A stretch of DNA of 64,000 bases, taken from the NCBI RefSeq assembly GCF_036321535.1, contig NC_087436.1, positions 23,810,001 through 23,874,000 of the forward strand. Reading direction: 5' to 3'. The position numbers were made by a program, and so were the translations under genes. The notes under the pieces are model-generated. The model was not told the origin of the DNA, did no database searches, and saw nothing but the letters and a program-made list of their open reading frames with translations. Positions 37,616 through 50,169 of the stretch are shown piece by piece. This DNA comes from Camelus dromedarius. Lineage: Eukaryota. Position 1 is the stretch's first letter, and every line of letters starts with the position of its first letter.

Positions 37616-39472
37616 TTTTAAGGACGGAAAATACCTACCCTATTTTTTTTTAAAGGTTTACACTTTGCTAATTCTTTGTTTTAAAAATCCTTACTATCCA
37701 ATTTGCCAGTAGGGTTGCGGTGATACCGTTGCTTTCTATTCATTTACGTATATGAGTTGTGAATCCTTGCTTTAGGAGGTAGTTCAAACCCTTTCTCTCC
37801 ACACTCACTCTTTTTTCCTTTCTCCCTCCATGTCCCCTTTTCACTCCTTACAGTCTTCTCTTAATTTTTATGAAAATCAGCTAAAATAGTGACAACAAAG
37901 GTCTTAATAAAATTTCCACCATTGTAAGCTTTCACATCCTCTCTGGGTTATAATCATTTCTCCCTTCCCTCTTCTCTTTTTCTTCTTTCTGGAACCTCTC
38001 TTCATCATGTATGTGGACCTTCTGAATTGCTACTGCACGCTAGTTTTTAAAATACATGTTAAAATATGTGTTTCTGTACTGAAAGGACAAGAACACACTT
38101 TGGTTGTGTCTATCATTATCTTTTCCTGATCTTGTTTCTCAAGGACAGTATCTCTCTCTCTCTTTCTGCTTTTGCTAATTTTTGCATAGTACTTAACACT
38201 GTGTCTTAAATGTAAGGATGTTTCATAAGTCATTTGATGACACTGAGCAAAGTTTGGCCCCAAAATATGTTTAGAGTTGATTATCAGCTCCAGGGGAGAG
38301 AGTGTTAGCACAAATAGCACAGAGCTGCTATTGAGATCAAACAGAAGAACTGGAAAGGCAAGTCTGAAAAGAATCCTTTGATAGGAGGTGGTTATCTTGA
38401 GCCAGTGGAACAAGGAAATCACTGGGATGGCAAACTCTGTCACTGTGTCTGACGAACAAAAAAACAATGGAGCAACTATGAAAGAAGTACAACAAAAGCA
38501 AATGACTACTGGCTGGTCAAGGAAGGATACACGGATACCCAGAGCCCAAGAATAATTCCTACAGGCAAGAGTGGAAAGTGAAACATTTCCAAATGTGATG
38601 TTAATTTTTACTACTTTAGTTGTGATCATAGGACTAGATAAGTCATAGACACTCTCCTACCTTACTCTTTATCTGTGTATTTTCTGTGGGTGGCTGCATA
38701 TATCATAATGATTCCATGTATGCTTATACTTTACAGAATGTCTTCCCCTTTCAATTTTATTTTATCAAAATCTGTTGGATCTCATGTGCAGTAGCCATAA
38801 AATCTCCACAGAAAGAACAGAGTGCTTATATTCACAGACATCATGGAAATCTCTTTGAAGATACATTTCCTTTAACTTTAAAAACTTGGAGCCCCTTTGT
38901 TTAGTTTCTGTAAAATATATATTGTTTATTTTATCCAAGTCATACGTGACATAGTTCAGAAAGTCAGATGGTACTTTAAGGCCCATGATGAGAAAGAGCA
39001 GCCCCTGCTTCGTCTCCTCCATTCTAATTCTGCCTCCCACAGGTGGCTGCTTCAATTCATTAAGTTGTTTTCTCTTTATTTATCTCCATAAACTGCTGTT
39101 TCCCAATATTTCAATTATTTGATACCACAGAAGACACGGATTAACTCACTTCCACTACCCTCACACAAAAAAACCCACCCCCCTTCACATAGTCTCTCTT
39201 TTTCCTTACCATACTCAGTATAACTAGATGTATCACAAATTATGATTTGGAAAGTATTCCATGTTTACATGACTGACTTTTGCACAGAGCCTCACAATTT
39301 AGTTGTAGCTTACTATGCTTATATTTCCTTTCTTGTATAACTTTTTATTTTCCCTGGGATTTATAACTGCCTCTTTATTTAATTTGGTATTATCTCTGCA
39401 CCTGCCTTCAATCTATCCTAACCTGTCTGACCCTGTAAAATTTTCAATATGATCAAACACATCAAAGAATTA

Positions 39473-39649
39473 TTTTCTTCTTTTCTTTTTTTCTCTCTCT
39501 CCCTCTTTCTCTCCTGCCCTCTCTCCCCTCCCACCTCCTACTTCTCTTTCTTTCTCAATTTCTTTCTCCCTCTTTCCCTCTTTGCCTCTCTCCCTCTCTC
39601 CTCTTTCTCTTTCTTTCTTTCTTCCTTTGTTTCTTTCTTTGTTTCTTTT

Positions 39650-39741
<92 letters not shown>

Positions 39742-39820
39742 TCCTTCTTTCTTTCCTTCTTTCCTTGCTTCCTTCCTTCCTTCCTTCCTTCCTTCCTTCC
39801 TTCCTTCCTTCCTTCTTTCT
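39473..39820. repeat. ~350-bp polypyrimidine tract including (TTTC)24 at 39648-39743 followed by (TTCC)n
   Basis: Direct read. Confidence 0.95.
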
Positions 39821-39904
39821 ATTCTTTTACATATATGAATAATATACAGTATCTCTCCCCAAGGTTTACACCCTCTTGTTCCAGTCTTCTTCTATCCTGC
39901 ACTT

Positions 39905-39940
39905 TTCTTGGTCTGCCTCTTATTCTTGGTCTGCCTCTTA
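39905..39940. repeat. 18-bp perfect tandem duplication
   Basis: ttcttggtctgcctctta x2. Confidence 0.9.
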
Positions 39941-42425
39941 ACTGAGGTCCCACAACCGCCTTTCACCATCATTCTTGGAATATCTCACCCCGCTCCCCTT
40001 CTATGTCGCATTATCTGCTTTCTTGATCCCTCTCCTCCTTCTTGGCTTAGTCGCTTAAATTGGTGGAGCACATCCTCAGAACTTCTTAAGAAAGGGTGCA
40101 CAGGACATTGTTTTTATGAATACTATTTTTGAGAATGTCTTTATCCTCACACCTGAGTGATAGTTTGCCAGATGTAGCATTAAAAATAAGAAAACATGTT
40201 GCATCTGACTTGTAAAGGCATTTCCTCACCATCCTGTGGCTCTCATACTGTTGAGAAGTCCAGTGACATTTGGATCCCCTTCTCTATGTGCGTAGCCTGT
40301 TTTTTCACTCTGAGAGTTTTTCAAATCTTCTATCCCTGACATTTCATGATGATATGCCTTAAAGTAGCCCTTTTTCATTACTGTGTCTGGGACTATGTAC
40401 CTTGTCCTTTTTTACTTTGTAAATATGTCCTTAAGATATGTTCTTGTATTATTTCTTTGATCATTTCTCCCTTCCCTTTTCTCTTTTTCTAACTTTCTGG
40501 AACTTTTATTCATCGTGTATTGGACCTCCTGGATTGTTCTCTAATTTTCCTATCTGTTCAGTCTTTGTCCTTTTGTTCTGTTATGTGAGATTTTCTCAGC
40601 TTTATGCTCCAACTCTAAAATTATTTTATTTATCACATTTTAAATTTCCATAAGCTCTTCCTTGTTCTCTGATTTACCCCTGTAAGTTTAAGGATATTAA
40701 TTATCATTTTTAAATTAAGTTTTCTTGTGCTCCCTGTTTTGTCTCTGTTTCTGCTAAGCACCCTTTTCCCATGTGCTCATTTTCTTTTTCTTTCTTTCAT
40801 GTTGGAAGCTTTTCTCAAATGTTCGCTTTTTTAAAGAGGGGGGCGCAATGAAGCAAATCAGTTGCTCTGTGTGCTCAGCCAGAGCTTGTCAGATGTGGGG
40901 CTTTTTGTAGGCAGATTGAGCTAGAACCCAGCTACTTCACTGGGTCAGTGTCTGCAGATTTTTTTTTCCCTTACAGCCAATTGGGAAAAGACTTCCACGA
41001 TCTCACTGCAGAAAGTCGTAAATCTAGAGGCTGGCTTTTGGGAGCTGAGCAGAGGAAGCTGAGTGGTTGTAGTGATGATGAGGGGTGTCTCACTAAATAT
41101 TATGTAGACTTTCCCTTAATCTCCCTGTTTTTTATGGCTCCTCAACCCACCCTCCCTGGGGCTGAGCTCCAGGATTTCGGAGTCTCGTGGCTTAACCTCT
41201 CCGAACTCCTTCTTTGCCTCTGGGCTTTTGTGTCTGGTCCACCTCTTCCTTAAACAGAACTTTGGCCAGTTTTCCTTTAAAGTGCACTCCACACCTCCCA
41301 CCCTGGCATTCAGAAGTGCTTCTGATTCCTGAGAATTTACAGCCTTCTCTAGCTTGAACCATCTTGCTTTAATTTTGGCTTCCTGTGATGCAGGGTTAGA
41401 ATTAGCTTTCTCAGTCATTCACCATTTAGCTATATGATTTTCATCTTCCAAAATTTTGTTGATATCCTTTTAATGGCTATTGCCATCTTCCATCCTCCTT
41501 GAATGCTGGTATCACCTGTATTCCTTTCTTGTCATTGTACTGGGGAGTTGGAGAAAACCGAGATGAATGGAGGTGTTCAATCTACCAGAAGCTTCTTCAG
41601 TGACTTTCAACATCTTTCTATACAAATATTGAATATTGTCCAATATTGAAATTCATACGTTACAGCATATTTCACATTATTGCTTCTGACATCTTGGGCT
41701 TTAGCAGAACTGGTTTCATAAAAGCTAAAATGCTCTCTTAACATAAAATTTACATGTCAAATACAGGTATTCAGGACAGCAGAGTCAACATGGTCATCGT
41801 GCTAGTTTAGAATATGATCTTGTGATTATAACCTGAATAGTTTTTAGAATCTTGAAAATATTGACTTACTTCAAGGACTATAAAAACAATTTAGGTTGCA
41901 TGACCCCGACTAAGCCAACAGAAGCTGGCAACTCAGATGCAAGGTAAAATATTGACAGAACACTCATCACTGACTGAATCCAGGGCCTCCCAGCTGAGGG
42001 GAAACCAGTGGGCAGAAGCACTACAAAACTCAGGATAATAAATGAAATGTTCCAGTTGATTGGTATAATAAGTCATTTCCATCCGCACATTGGCATATTT
42101 TGAAAATCCTGATTGATATTCTGTCAGAGACTTAGAAATAGGATGAGAGTAAATAGCAGAAAAGGAAGAGTTTGAGGAAAGAAATTCATTTTATGGTAGT
42201 ATTGAGGAAGAAAGAAGTTTTAATTAGCCCCCTGTGAGAATACTTTTAAAAGGTTTTGTGGGGTGAGAATATTCTTATTTACTGAGAGAGCTTACAACCC
42301 ATCAAACAGTTCTGAAACTTTTGGGGGTCTAAGGATCACCTGGGGAAATTGTTCAAGATGCAAGGAATCAGATTCCACTGCCAAAGACACAGAATCTGGT
42401 CTGGGATGAGGCTTGAGAAGGTGCA

Positions 42426-42520
42426 TTTTTTATTTTTAATGACAGTACTGGGGGTTGAACCCAAGACCTCTTGTATGCTAAGCATGCACTCTCCCACTGA
42501 GTTATACCCGCACCCCCTCC
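42426..42520 (-). mobile_element. Vic-1-type SINE (short tail), adjacent to a MER5-like fragment (~42330-42425)
   Basis: Reverse complement reads gggtataactcagtgggagagtgcatgcttagcatacaagaggtcttgggttcaacccccagtac. Confidence 0.85.
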
Positions 42521-43399
42521 ACCATTTTTTAATGGAGAAATAGGACATAAGATAATTGTGGAACTGCAATTAAAGCAACCTATGTTTATTTCATTCCTCA
42601 ATATTTGCATATGCGTAAATATGATAGTTATTGTCTGTGGAACTATAAATTCTGCAGGGTCTAAGTCTCATATCATTTCAAGTAAGATTGAGGAATTAGG
42701 GTACAATGTGGTTTAGGCTAGAGTGAATTTTTAAGAGATCAAATCCTGTGGACCCTAGCTATGTTTTGTAAATCACAGAATTACTCCTGTTGATCCCTTA
42801 GTAGGACAAAGCAGTTCATCCTCCATACCTCCTGCCCACTCCCACCATGGTGAAGGGTGGAATTTCCCTTTGCCTCTCCAAGAGAGGGCTGGTTATTCAA
42901 TCTTCTGTTTTAGGACCTACTGAGGGCACAGCCTTGTGTGTGCCGAGCTGCTTTCCTCGGCATCTGTAGGAAGGGAGACTGCCGTGGTGTGGATAGTGCA
43001 CACATTAAAGGAAGCACAAGTGTACTTAGGACCACTTTTGGGAGATGCTTCTCAGGACAAGGCTGCTGGCAGGCACATCAGTAGGATCACAACTTGGCGT
43101 TCCATGCTCTGACACTGTTACATCAAGGGTAGCATCCAAGCACATTTCCCAGATGTTCCTGGCCTTTGAGGTGTTGCCTCGGCCAGGCGCTCAATTTCAT
43201 TCTGCTTCCTGAGTCTTAGATTCCCTTCCTTGCAAGGTCATTCACTGGACCCTAAGTGCCGGCCAGTGCTCCCCAGTGGATATCCAGTGTGTTCACACAG
43301 ATAAGAGTAGGTCTGGCTTTATTTTTACCCCAAGCCTCCTATGAGCCTAAGGGTCTATCACAAGGATATAAAATTGTGAAACCTGACCAGGGAAACCCT

Positions 43400-44030
43400 C
43401 CTTGAGTATATTCACTCCTCAAGTTCTTAGAATGATAGTTATAGACTAAGAAGATATACTAAGATAATACCATTTACAATGTCCGGCAGTGTGCAGTCTA
43501 GTTGGGGAGATACGGAGGCACACAGTTAAGTCAATATAAGGCAGCAGCGATGAAGTGCCACCTTACTAAGGTCTATGTCAGGGCTCCTGGGCAGAGAGAA
43601 GCCAGAGAAAAGCCAAAGGTCAGGACTGCTGGGAGTGAAAGAGAGCAGCCTCCAAGGGGAGATACTCTTTGAGGTTGACCAAGAATGAGTAAGAGTTAGA
43701 TGTGGGGAGGGTGGTGGAAAGGCATTCTGGACATCTAAGGAGTTTGTCCTTTAAGTGGTTGATGAAGATTATGGCCCGGCTGGAGGGAAGGCTCAAGTTG
43801 GGGAGTAGTGAGATGAAATGCATGGGAGAACAGTTAGGGGACTTTCTACTATTTGAGGTGTAAGATGATAAGAATATCTGGATGTGGCATTTTAAATTTA
43901 AGGAAAAACAGACAGAGCAACATTTAGAGGAAAGGAATAACAGAACTTGGTGATTGAATATATAAGACGAAAGGGAAATGAATCGAATGCTTCTGACCAT
44001 CAGGTTAAATATCAGAGTGGTATGGTGGTT
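43400..44030 (-). mobile_element. L2 fragment
   Basis: cagtctagttggggagata...gaatgagtaagagttag...cagaacttggtgattgaat. Confidence 0.55.
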
Positions 44031-44661
44031 TCTGAAAGATGATGGGCATGTCATAGATACATCTGAGTAGCAAAACTTATTTTCTTTAAAGCATCTCAAA
44101 CAGTTGTTACTGTTTATCTTGTTCTTCTGATTTGTATTTCTCTTTTGCTAAGGTACATGTTCCACACTCAGCAAAAGGTGTGAAGTAGGCTCATAGCAAT
44201 TTTTTTAAAGTTTGTGTTAAATTGAGCCACAAAGCTTTTTATAATTGGGCTTTTTGTTATTTATAAGCATTTACTTTTCAATAAATTCATAGTATTATGA
44301 AAATAGTTGTTTTCAGTAGAGTAGTAATAAACTATCATATATTCCTTTTGCTTAATAGTTCTATCATAAGGATTTACTTGGTCACATCTTATCTATTACT
44401 TGAAGAGAGTACTCTCTAAAAATAGTCATTATGCAGGATTACAAGAAGAGCAGGGTTCCAAGCTTTACAACTAGTATGTCATCATTAACTAGTCATAGCA
44501 ACTCTGGACTTTTCTTTGAAAAAAAAAAAATGCTGTTTTCCTATACAAAGATATTCTATTATATCTTGGTTCCTGAGCAAGTTTCTATGGAGTTAATCTT
44601 TCTTATGACACCAAATGGTTTGCATCTGACCCAGTGGATGAAGAATCAAAATACCTTTTAT

Positions 44662-44762
44662 GGGGGAGGGTATGGCTGAGTGGTAGAGTGCACACCTAGC
44701 ATGCACAAGGTCTTGGGTTCAATCCCCAGTACCTCCATCAAAATAAATAACACCGCTCCCCA
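44662..44762 (+). mobile_element. Vic-1-type SINE
   Basis: gggggagggtatggctgagtggtagagtgcacacctagcatgcacaaggtcttgggttcaatccccagtacctcc; TSD core aaaataccttt at 44648-44658 and 44763-44773. Confidence 0.88.
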
Positions 44763-45622
44763 AAAATACCTTTCTTTCATGAGTAGTTACATTTCCAATA
44801 CCTTGTCATGATTAGTTAGTATGATTCGTGAGTTTATGCAGGTTTCCATTACATGTTTATTTACTAAACACTTTTGACCCCAAATGGTATACAAACTGAT
44901 AACTCTCGGTATTTATTAATACTATGATTCCCTAGAAGAGGTTGTATAAACATACCTGCATTCCCTAATTGCTTTTGCATCTGAGACATTTGCAAATTTA
45001 CATGAGCCTCTCTCTTGCACTGGGCTCCAGCCAGTTCATTATAAAGGACATTAAATGGGCTTAAACACTTGCGGTGCCAAGCTGAAGTTAGGCAGTGGTG
45101 AGGGCAAGGAGAAAGGTCTTCTCTGGGTGGAGAGAGCGGTTCACCTTGGGCCACCACTGTGCTCCTAGTGCCTGGGTGAGAATTAGGAAACAGGCACCCC
45201 AGGTGTGACGGCAGCCCCCTTGCACCCTCCACTGGACACCACTGTGCTATCCACCAACTGCACAAGCACAGGCTGGGGCTCTGGGTACACCTGCTTGTTT
45301 CCCAAAAGCCACTAAGCCCAGAGCAGAGAGTCAGCATCTCAGGCCAGTGCTGTAAGAATCGAGAATCTGAGTTCCGTGTGCCACACATTGCCGTGCTGTG
45401 CTGTGGTCCTGGGGGGCCTGGAGTGTGAAACTCTCAGGCTAAACGGTAACCAAAGGCCCTAGAAGGCAGGGTGGTTCACATCTGATCATAGAGCAGCCGT
45501 GATGGCAGATAATGCTAGTTTCAGTATCACCTCTTCGCAAGATTGTCATTAGGGTGGCAGAAAAGCCCAGAGAAAAATCTTCCTGCCTCTCAGAGCAGTG
45601 ACAGGTTTAGAAGTACCAGACT

Positions 45623-45957
45623 CCAGAGCAGCCCCGCCAACAGAAATATCGTCCCAACCACAAATACAAACCATGGAACTGAAAAATCTCTGTTGGCCAC
45701 GTGACAAAAGGCCCAAACAGATGAAACTGATTTTAATATATTTGGATTTAGCCCAGTATATGAAAAGATGATATCAACATGTAATCCATATAAAAATCAT
45801 GAATGAGATGTTTGACATTGTTTTTTTCATGCCAAGTCTCTGAAGTCAGGTGTGTCTTTCACACTTTTATAGCACAACTCAATTGGGACAGGTCACGTTT
45901 CAGGTGTTCAGTAACCGTACGTGGCTCATGGCCACCATGTTGGACAGGGCAGGTCTG
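45623..45957. mobile_element. MER33-like hAT-Charlie MITE
   Basis: ccaacagaaatat...tcaacatgtaatccatataaaaat...aatgagatgttt...cacgtttcaggtgttcagtaacc...tgttggacagggcaggtctg. Confidence 0.72.
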
Positions 45958-46074
45958 AAACAACAGCAGCAAAAATCTGCTCCGTGATCAGAAGGACCAG
46001 AGGTGAAGCAGAATGACAGTTGAGGCGGGGTGGGTGTGCTGTTTCAGAGCCGCTGATTCTTTATGTCACCTCTT

Positions 46075-46221
46075 TTTTTATTTTTTGGCTTTATTTTTGT
46101 TTTTTGGCGTGGGAAGTAGGTAATTATGTTTACTTATTTATTTGAATGGAGGTACTGGGGATTGAACCCAGGACCTTGTGCTTGCTAAGCACACACTCTA
46201 CCACTGGGCTATACCCTCCCC
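46075..46221 (-). mobile_element. Vic-1-type SINE
   Basis: Reverse complement ggggagggtatagcccagtggtagagtg...ggttcaatccccagtacctcc; perfect 17-bp TSD tctttatgtcacctctt at 46058-46074 and 46222-46238. Confidence 0.9.
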
Positions 46222-46273
46222 TCTTTATGTCACCTCTTAACAGGTATATAACCCTAAGCTTGACAGAATAGAC

Positions 46274-46683
46274 TGTTACGGAAATGACAGGCCAGCCAAG
46301 AAACAAGCACCACTCGGAGGGTTGGAGTACTCAGATTTATTACGCCGGCGGGCTCAGAGGGGCTTCTGCTCCGAAGCTCTGAGCACCTCCAAGACGTGCA
46401 CATAAGGTTTTATAGGGTTAATTACAAGTATGGGGCTATTAGCCAATAAGGTTCAAACAACAAAAAGCAAGGAATCAGTACACTGGAGCTTATCAATTTG
46501 GAACAGATCACATTACTGACACTTGTTGAGCTTGGATTTACGAGTTAGCTTGTTAGCCCAGTAAACTGACATTAAACTTCAGATTTATGAGTTAGCCCAG
46601 CAGAACTTAGATCAGTAAACCGACACGTATCACACTTAGATTTGTGACTTAGCTCGTTAGCCCAGCTGGGCTTTTCCTTCACA
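46274..46683 (-). mobile_element. Endogenous retrovirus solo LTR (ERV1/gammaretrovirus-like), 410 bp
   Basis: TG...CA ends with imperfect terminal inverted repeats (tgttacggaaa / tttccttcaca), 4-bp TSD AGAC (46270-46273, 46684-46687), minus-strand TATAAAA (46408-46414) upstream of AATAAA (46336-46341). Confidence 0.82.
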
Positions 46684-47289
46684 AGACTAGTATTTCCCAT
46701 TGCCCAGCACCTGATCGGGAGCTGCACACAGCAGGCTCTGGGCCCCTGTCATTAGAACTTACCTACTCTGTGTGGCCCACGGCCTTCAGATACTTCCACA
46801 GCCACTTGTGTGTAACGTGGCTGCATCTCAGCAGAAGGAGCATGGCCCTTATTCATCCAACCCCATCATCAACACAGAATGTTTGTGAGCAGCCTCGGGG
46901 CCATATAAACATCCTGCGGTGGGTCGGGAGCACCTGACCCCCTATTAACATGTCAATAAGAGTGGCTGGTGCTCTGGGCTTGTTTTCTAGGGTTTTGATG
47001 AGCTTCATTAATTATGTTGAGGAAAAAAAAGGTGTGCAGCTGGAGGAGATCCCACTTAGCTCCACGTGAACATGAATAATTGGACAGTTGGCAGAGTGTT
47101 AAATTGGTGGTCTAGTGAGAGAAACTCATGAATAAACACAGTTCCCCAAAATGCCACAAAGTAGGCACCGTTCTCTTGCCCTGCGTTTCTACCTTCCCTG
47201 GACTCAAGAGCTGGCTGGTGGGAGCCAGTGTAAGATCAGTTAGGGAGCTGCCTCGGCAGGGCAGGAACGGACTCTGAAGCTGGGACAAA

Positions 47290-47470
47290 CGCTCAAGTCC
47301 CTCCTTCACCCCTTCATTACCTGCAGGGTTGGGAGCAGGTTATAGTAGCTCTCTCTCAGCTTTGGTTTTTCATCTAGAAAATGGGGACGACAGTAATAGG
47401 GTTATTATGACGATGCTGTGTCTTAATTTACATAAAGCATTTAGGATAGTATCAGACCCATAGTATATAC
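47290..47470 (+). mobile_element. MIR SINE
   Basis: gctcaagtccc...ttttcatctagaaaatgggga...cataaagcatttagga. Confidence 0.55.
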
Positions 47471-48279
47471 TATATGCAGATTTTTAAGGTAAAACATTAA
47501 TCATATCATATGTTAGTCATACCTTTTTAATCGTGTAGGAGAGTATAACTTTCAGTTTTCCTCTAAGTTAACTTCATTCATTCATTCATCATTCATTCAT
47601 TCATTCAATAGACATTGATTATGTTCCTGACATGTCTAGGTATTGGGCATACAAAGATGGAAAGATTCTAAGAGAAACATATTATCATATGTGTGAAAAT
47701 TATATGGACAGTCTACAAACAAAGTGGCAAAAGAGTATTATTCTCTTTTAAAAATCCATGGTTTACAAGTTTTAAATGCTGATGAAAAGAGTTTCTTTTC
47801 ATCCTGGCTATGACAGGATTGTTCCTCCTGCAATTATCTCTGTTTAAACTTAAAATTATTTTTCATATTTTAACATACACTATGAAAATATATACTTTTT
47901 GCTCATTTCTGTTAAATGAGCAAAAAACACCTCCAGAGAAAATCTAGCCACTTCCCCACCCCCTACTTTAGAAGATACCTTTGAATTTGAAGCCTAAGTA
48001 TTTCTGGAACTTTACTATGTGAGAGAAATCATTTGTCTTTGTCAAAATCAGAAGCTAAAAAGGAAGATGGGATTTAATTCAACTGAACACTTAGAACATC
48101 TAACTTTTTGGGTATTAGGAGCAGGTAAACAAGTATTCATAAAAATAATGAAAATTATTATTACTTTAAAACTGCTTCTTTCTCTCTCTCTCTCGGGAGT
48201 TATTTAGATGAAAACAGGCATTTTAGTAAAATGTTTAAAACAACTCCAAAATAAGTAAGAGCTCTATTGGAAATTTTAC

Positions 48280-48792
48280 TATATTATTTATCTATTCCTG
48301 TGTAAAAAATTATATCCAAAATTTAGCAGCTGAAAACAACAAGCAGTTCTGAGGGAATCCAGGAGCAGCTTAGCTGGGTGGTTCTGGCTCAAGATCTCTC
48401 ATAAGGTTGCAGTAACATTGTCGTCTGGACTGCAGTCATCTGAGGGCTGGACCTGGGCTTGGGAATCTGCTCCCAGGGGGCTCCCTCCCATGGCTCCTGA
48501 CTGGAGGCCTCAATTCCTCCCCCCACGGATGTCACCACTGCTTGGTGCTTCAGTGTTCTCATAACATGACAGCTGGCTTCCTCAGAGCAAGTGATTCAGG
48601 AAAAAGCAAGGAAGGAGTCACAATGCCCTTTATGACATAGTGTTGAAGTCACACAGCTTCGCCGCTTCAGTATTCTATTCATTTGAAGCAAATCATTAAG
48701 TCCGTTCACACTCTAGGGGAGAGGAATTAGCTCTACCCTCTGAAGGGAGTGTCACAAATTTGTGGACATATTTGTGGATGCCATAATTACCA
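48280..48792 (-). mobile_element. Old MLT1 (MLT1H-like) LTR
   Basis: ccaaaatttagcagctgaaaacaaca...gcttagctgggtggttctggctca...acatgacagctggcttcctcagagcaagtgattc. Confidence 0.7.
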
Positions 48793-50169
48793 GGAAAGGC
48801 TTTTGACATTTCATAAAGTGCTTAAGTGGTATGGGCACAGAGACGCTTAGGATGGGAAGAACTGAGCTGGCAAAGATGAGCAGACTCATCTGGGGGATGT
48901 GCGCTTCGGCGCGGTTGCCAGCGTGGTGGAGAGGAGGGGAGGGAGGAGGCAGGCAATCATAGACACCAAGCACACCAGAAATTTGTCTCTTTTCACTTTG
49001 CAGCCCTGGACCTAATATCAAATATGCCTCGTGGCAGGGAATTCATGTAGAATTCTGTGGTCCAATGTGAAGAAGGCTTTGCTTTTATTTAAAGTGGGAA
49101 ATAAAATGTTAGAGGGCCTAGCAGCTGAGCTGTTACCTCCTCGGCACTAAATCCAACCTTGTTAGTTACGCGGTTTTTCACTTGGCTTGCAGAATGCCTT
49201 CCCTCACCTTCTCACTTTAAGGCGTTTATTGTTTCTGCCCTAGGGTTTCTGTCCTTTCCCTCATCCTCCGTACTGTCTTTCCTGCTGAACTGTGTCCCCC
49301 TGAAAGGCATGGCACGCTGATGCTGCCGTTCACCTCGCGGTACCTCGGAGTTCTTCCAGCGCGTCCGCCGCTTCCTCCATTTTCCATCTCACCACTTGGG
49401 CGCTGCTGTTAGTCGCATGTAACTTCCTATTATTGAATATTTCAGGGGCCGAAGCCCTCGGTGCCCCATGCTGTCCACTTAGTCATCTCTCTCCACATTT
49501 GTATTATTCACAGCAGGATGCATGCACGCAAATCCTTTAAGTCCTTCAGGCTTTTCTTTCCATTTCCCCTTCAAATATGAATCACCTAGCAACATTTGAG
49601 GACCAGTTGCATAAGAACCAAGCTATATTCCAGTTACTGTGAGCATCACAAAGGATGTAAAAGAAATGGTTCCTCCCCTTAAGAAGTTTATCCTCTAATA
49701 AAAGCTGGATTGTTAAAAAAAATTAAGTAATAACAGCATACAGATTCCTATTTATATTCAATAGAGTGACATGTTGGCCAAGTTACAATGATCAAATTCA
49801 AAGGTTATTCTTTTGTATACCTTTTAATAGAGAAAACCAGCTGTCTTTTAGATTAAGTAAATGCATGTGCCTTGATGAAAAATATTGCTACAAGAAATCA
49901 TTTGATGGGGTTGACTTCCTAGTATTATAAATATATTCCATCCAATCTGGTTAAAATGCATTTTTGCAACCAAAATAAAGAAAGAAAGCATTTATTAATA
50001 ATTATAAACAAAGATACACCCTATTAATATAATAAATAATTAGCTATGACTGGTGGCTGAAGGATAACTTATCAATGTTCTGATTTTTCTTCTGTTTTAA
50101 AACACCTGCCCTGTTTAAAAGATCAGCCCTGTGCTTTGATTTACTTTACTTTTAATGGACTGTTGTTCA

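Larger units (their letters stand above)
38660..41590 (-). mobile_element. Ancient L1-related element, probably HAL1 (half-L1), interrupted by a pyrimidine microsatellite
   Basis: tgctccctgttttgtctctgtttc...catgttggaagcttttctcaaatgt...gctctgtgtgc and terminal gtgttcaatctaccagaag resemble HAL1 as recalled; T-rich throughout. Confidence 0.55.

Noticed and set aside
38030..38629. 199-codon minus-strand ORF
   Set aside because: No recognisable protein similarity or exon context; antisense to A-rich intronic, possibly L2-derived sequence; likely chance
39449..39842. Phe/Leu/Ser-rich ORFs that look like membrane proteins
   Set aside because: Translation of the (TTTC)n/(TTCC)n microsatellite
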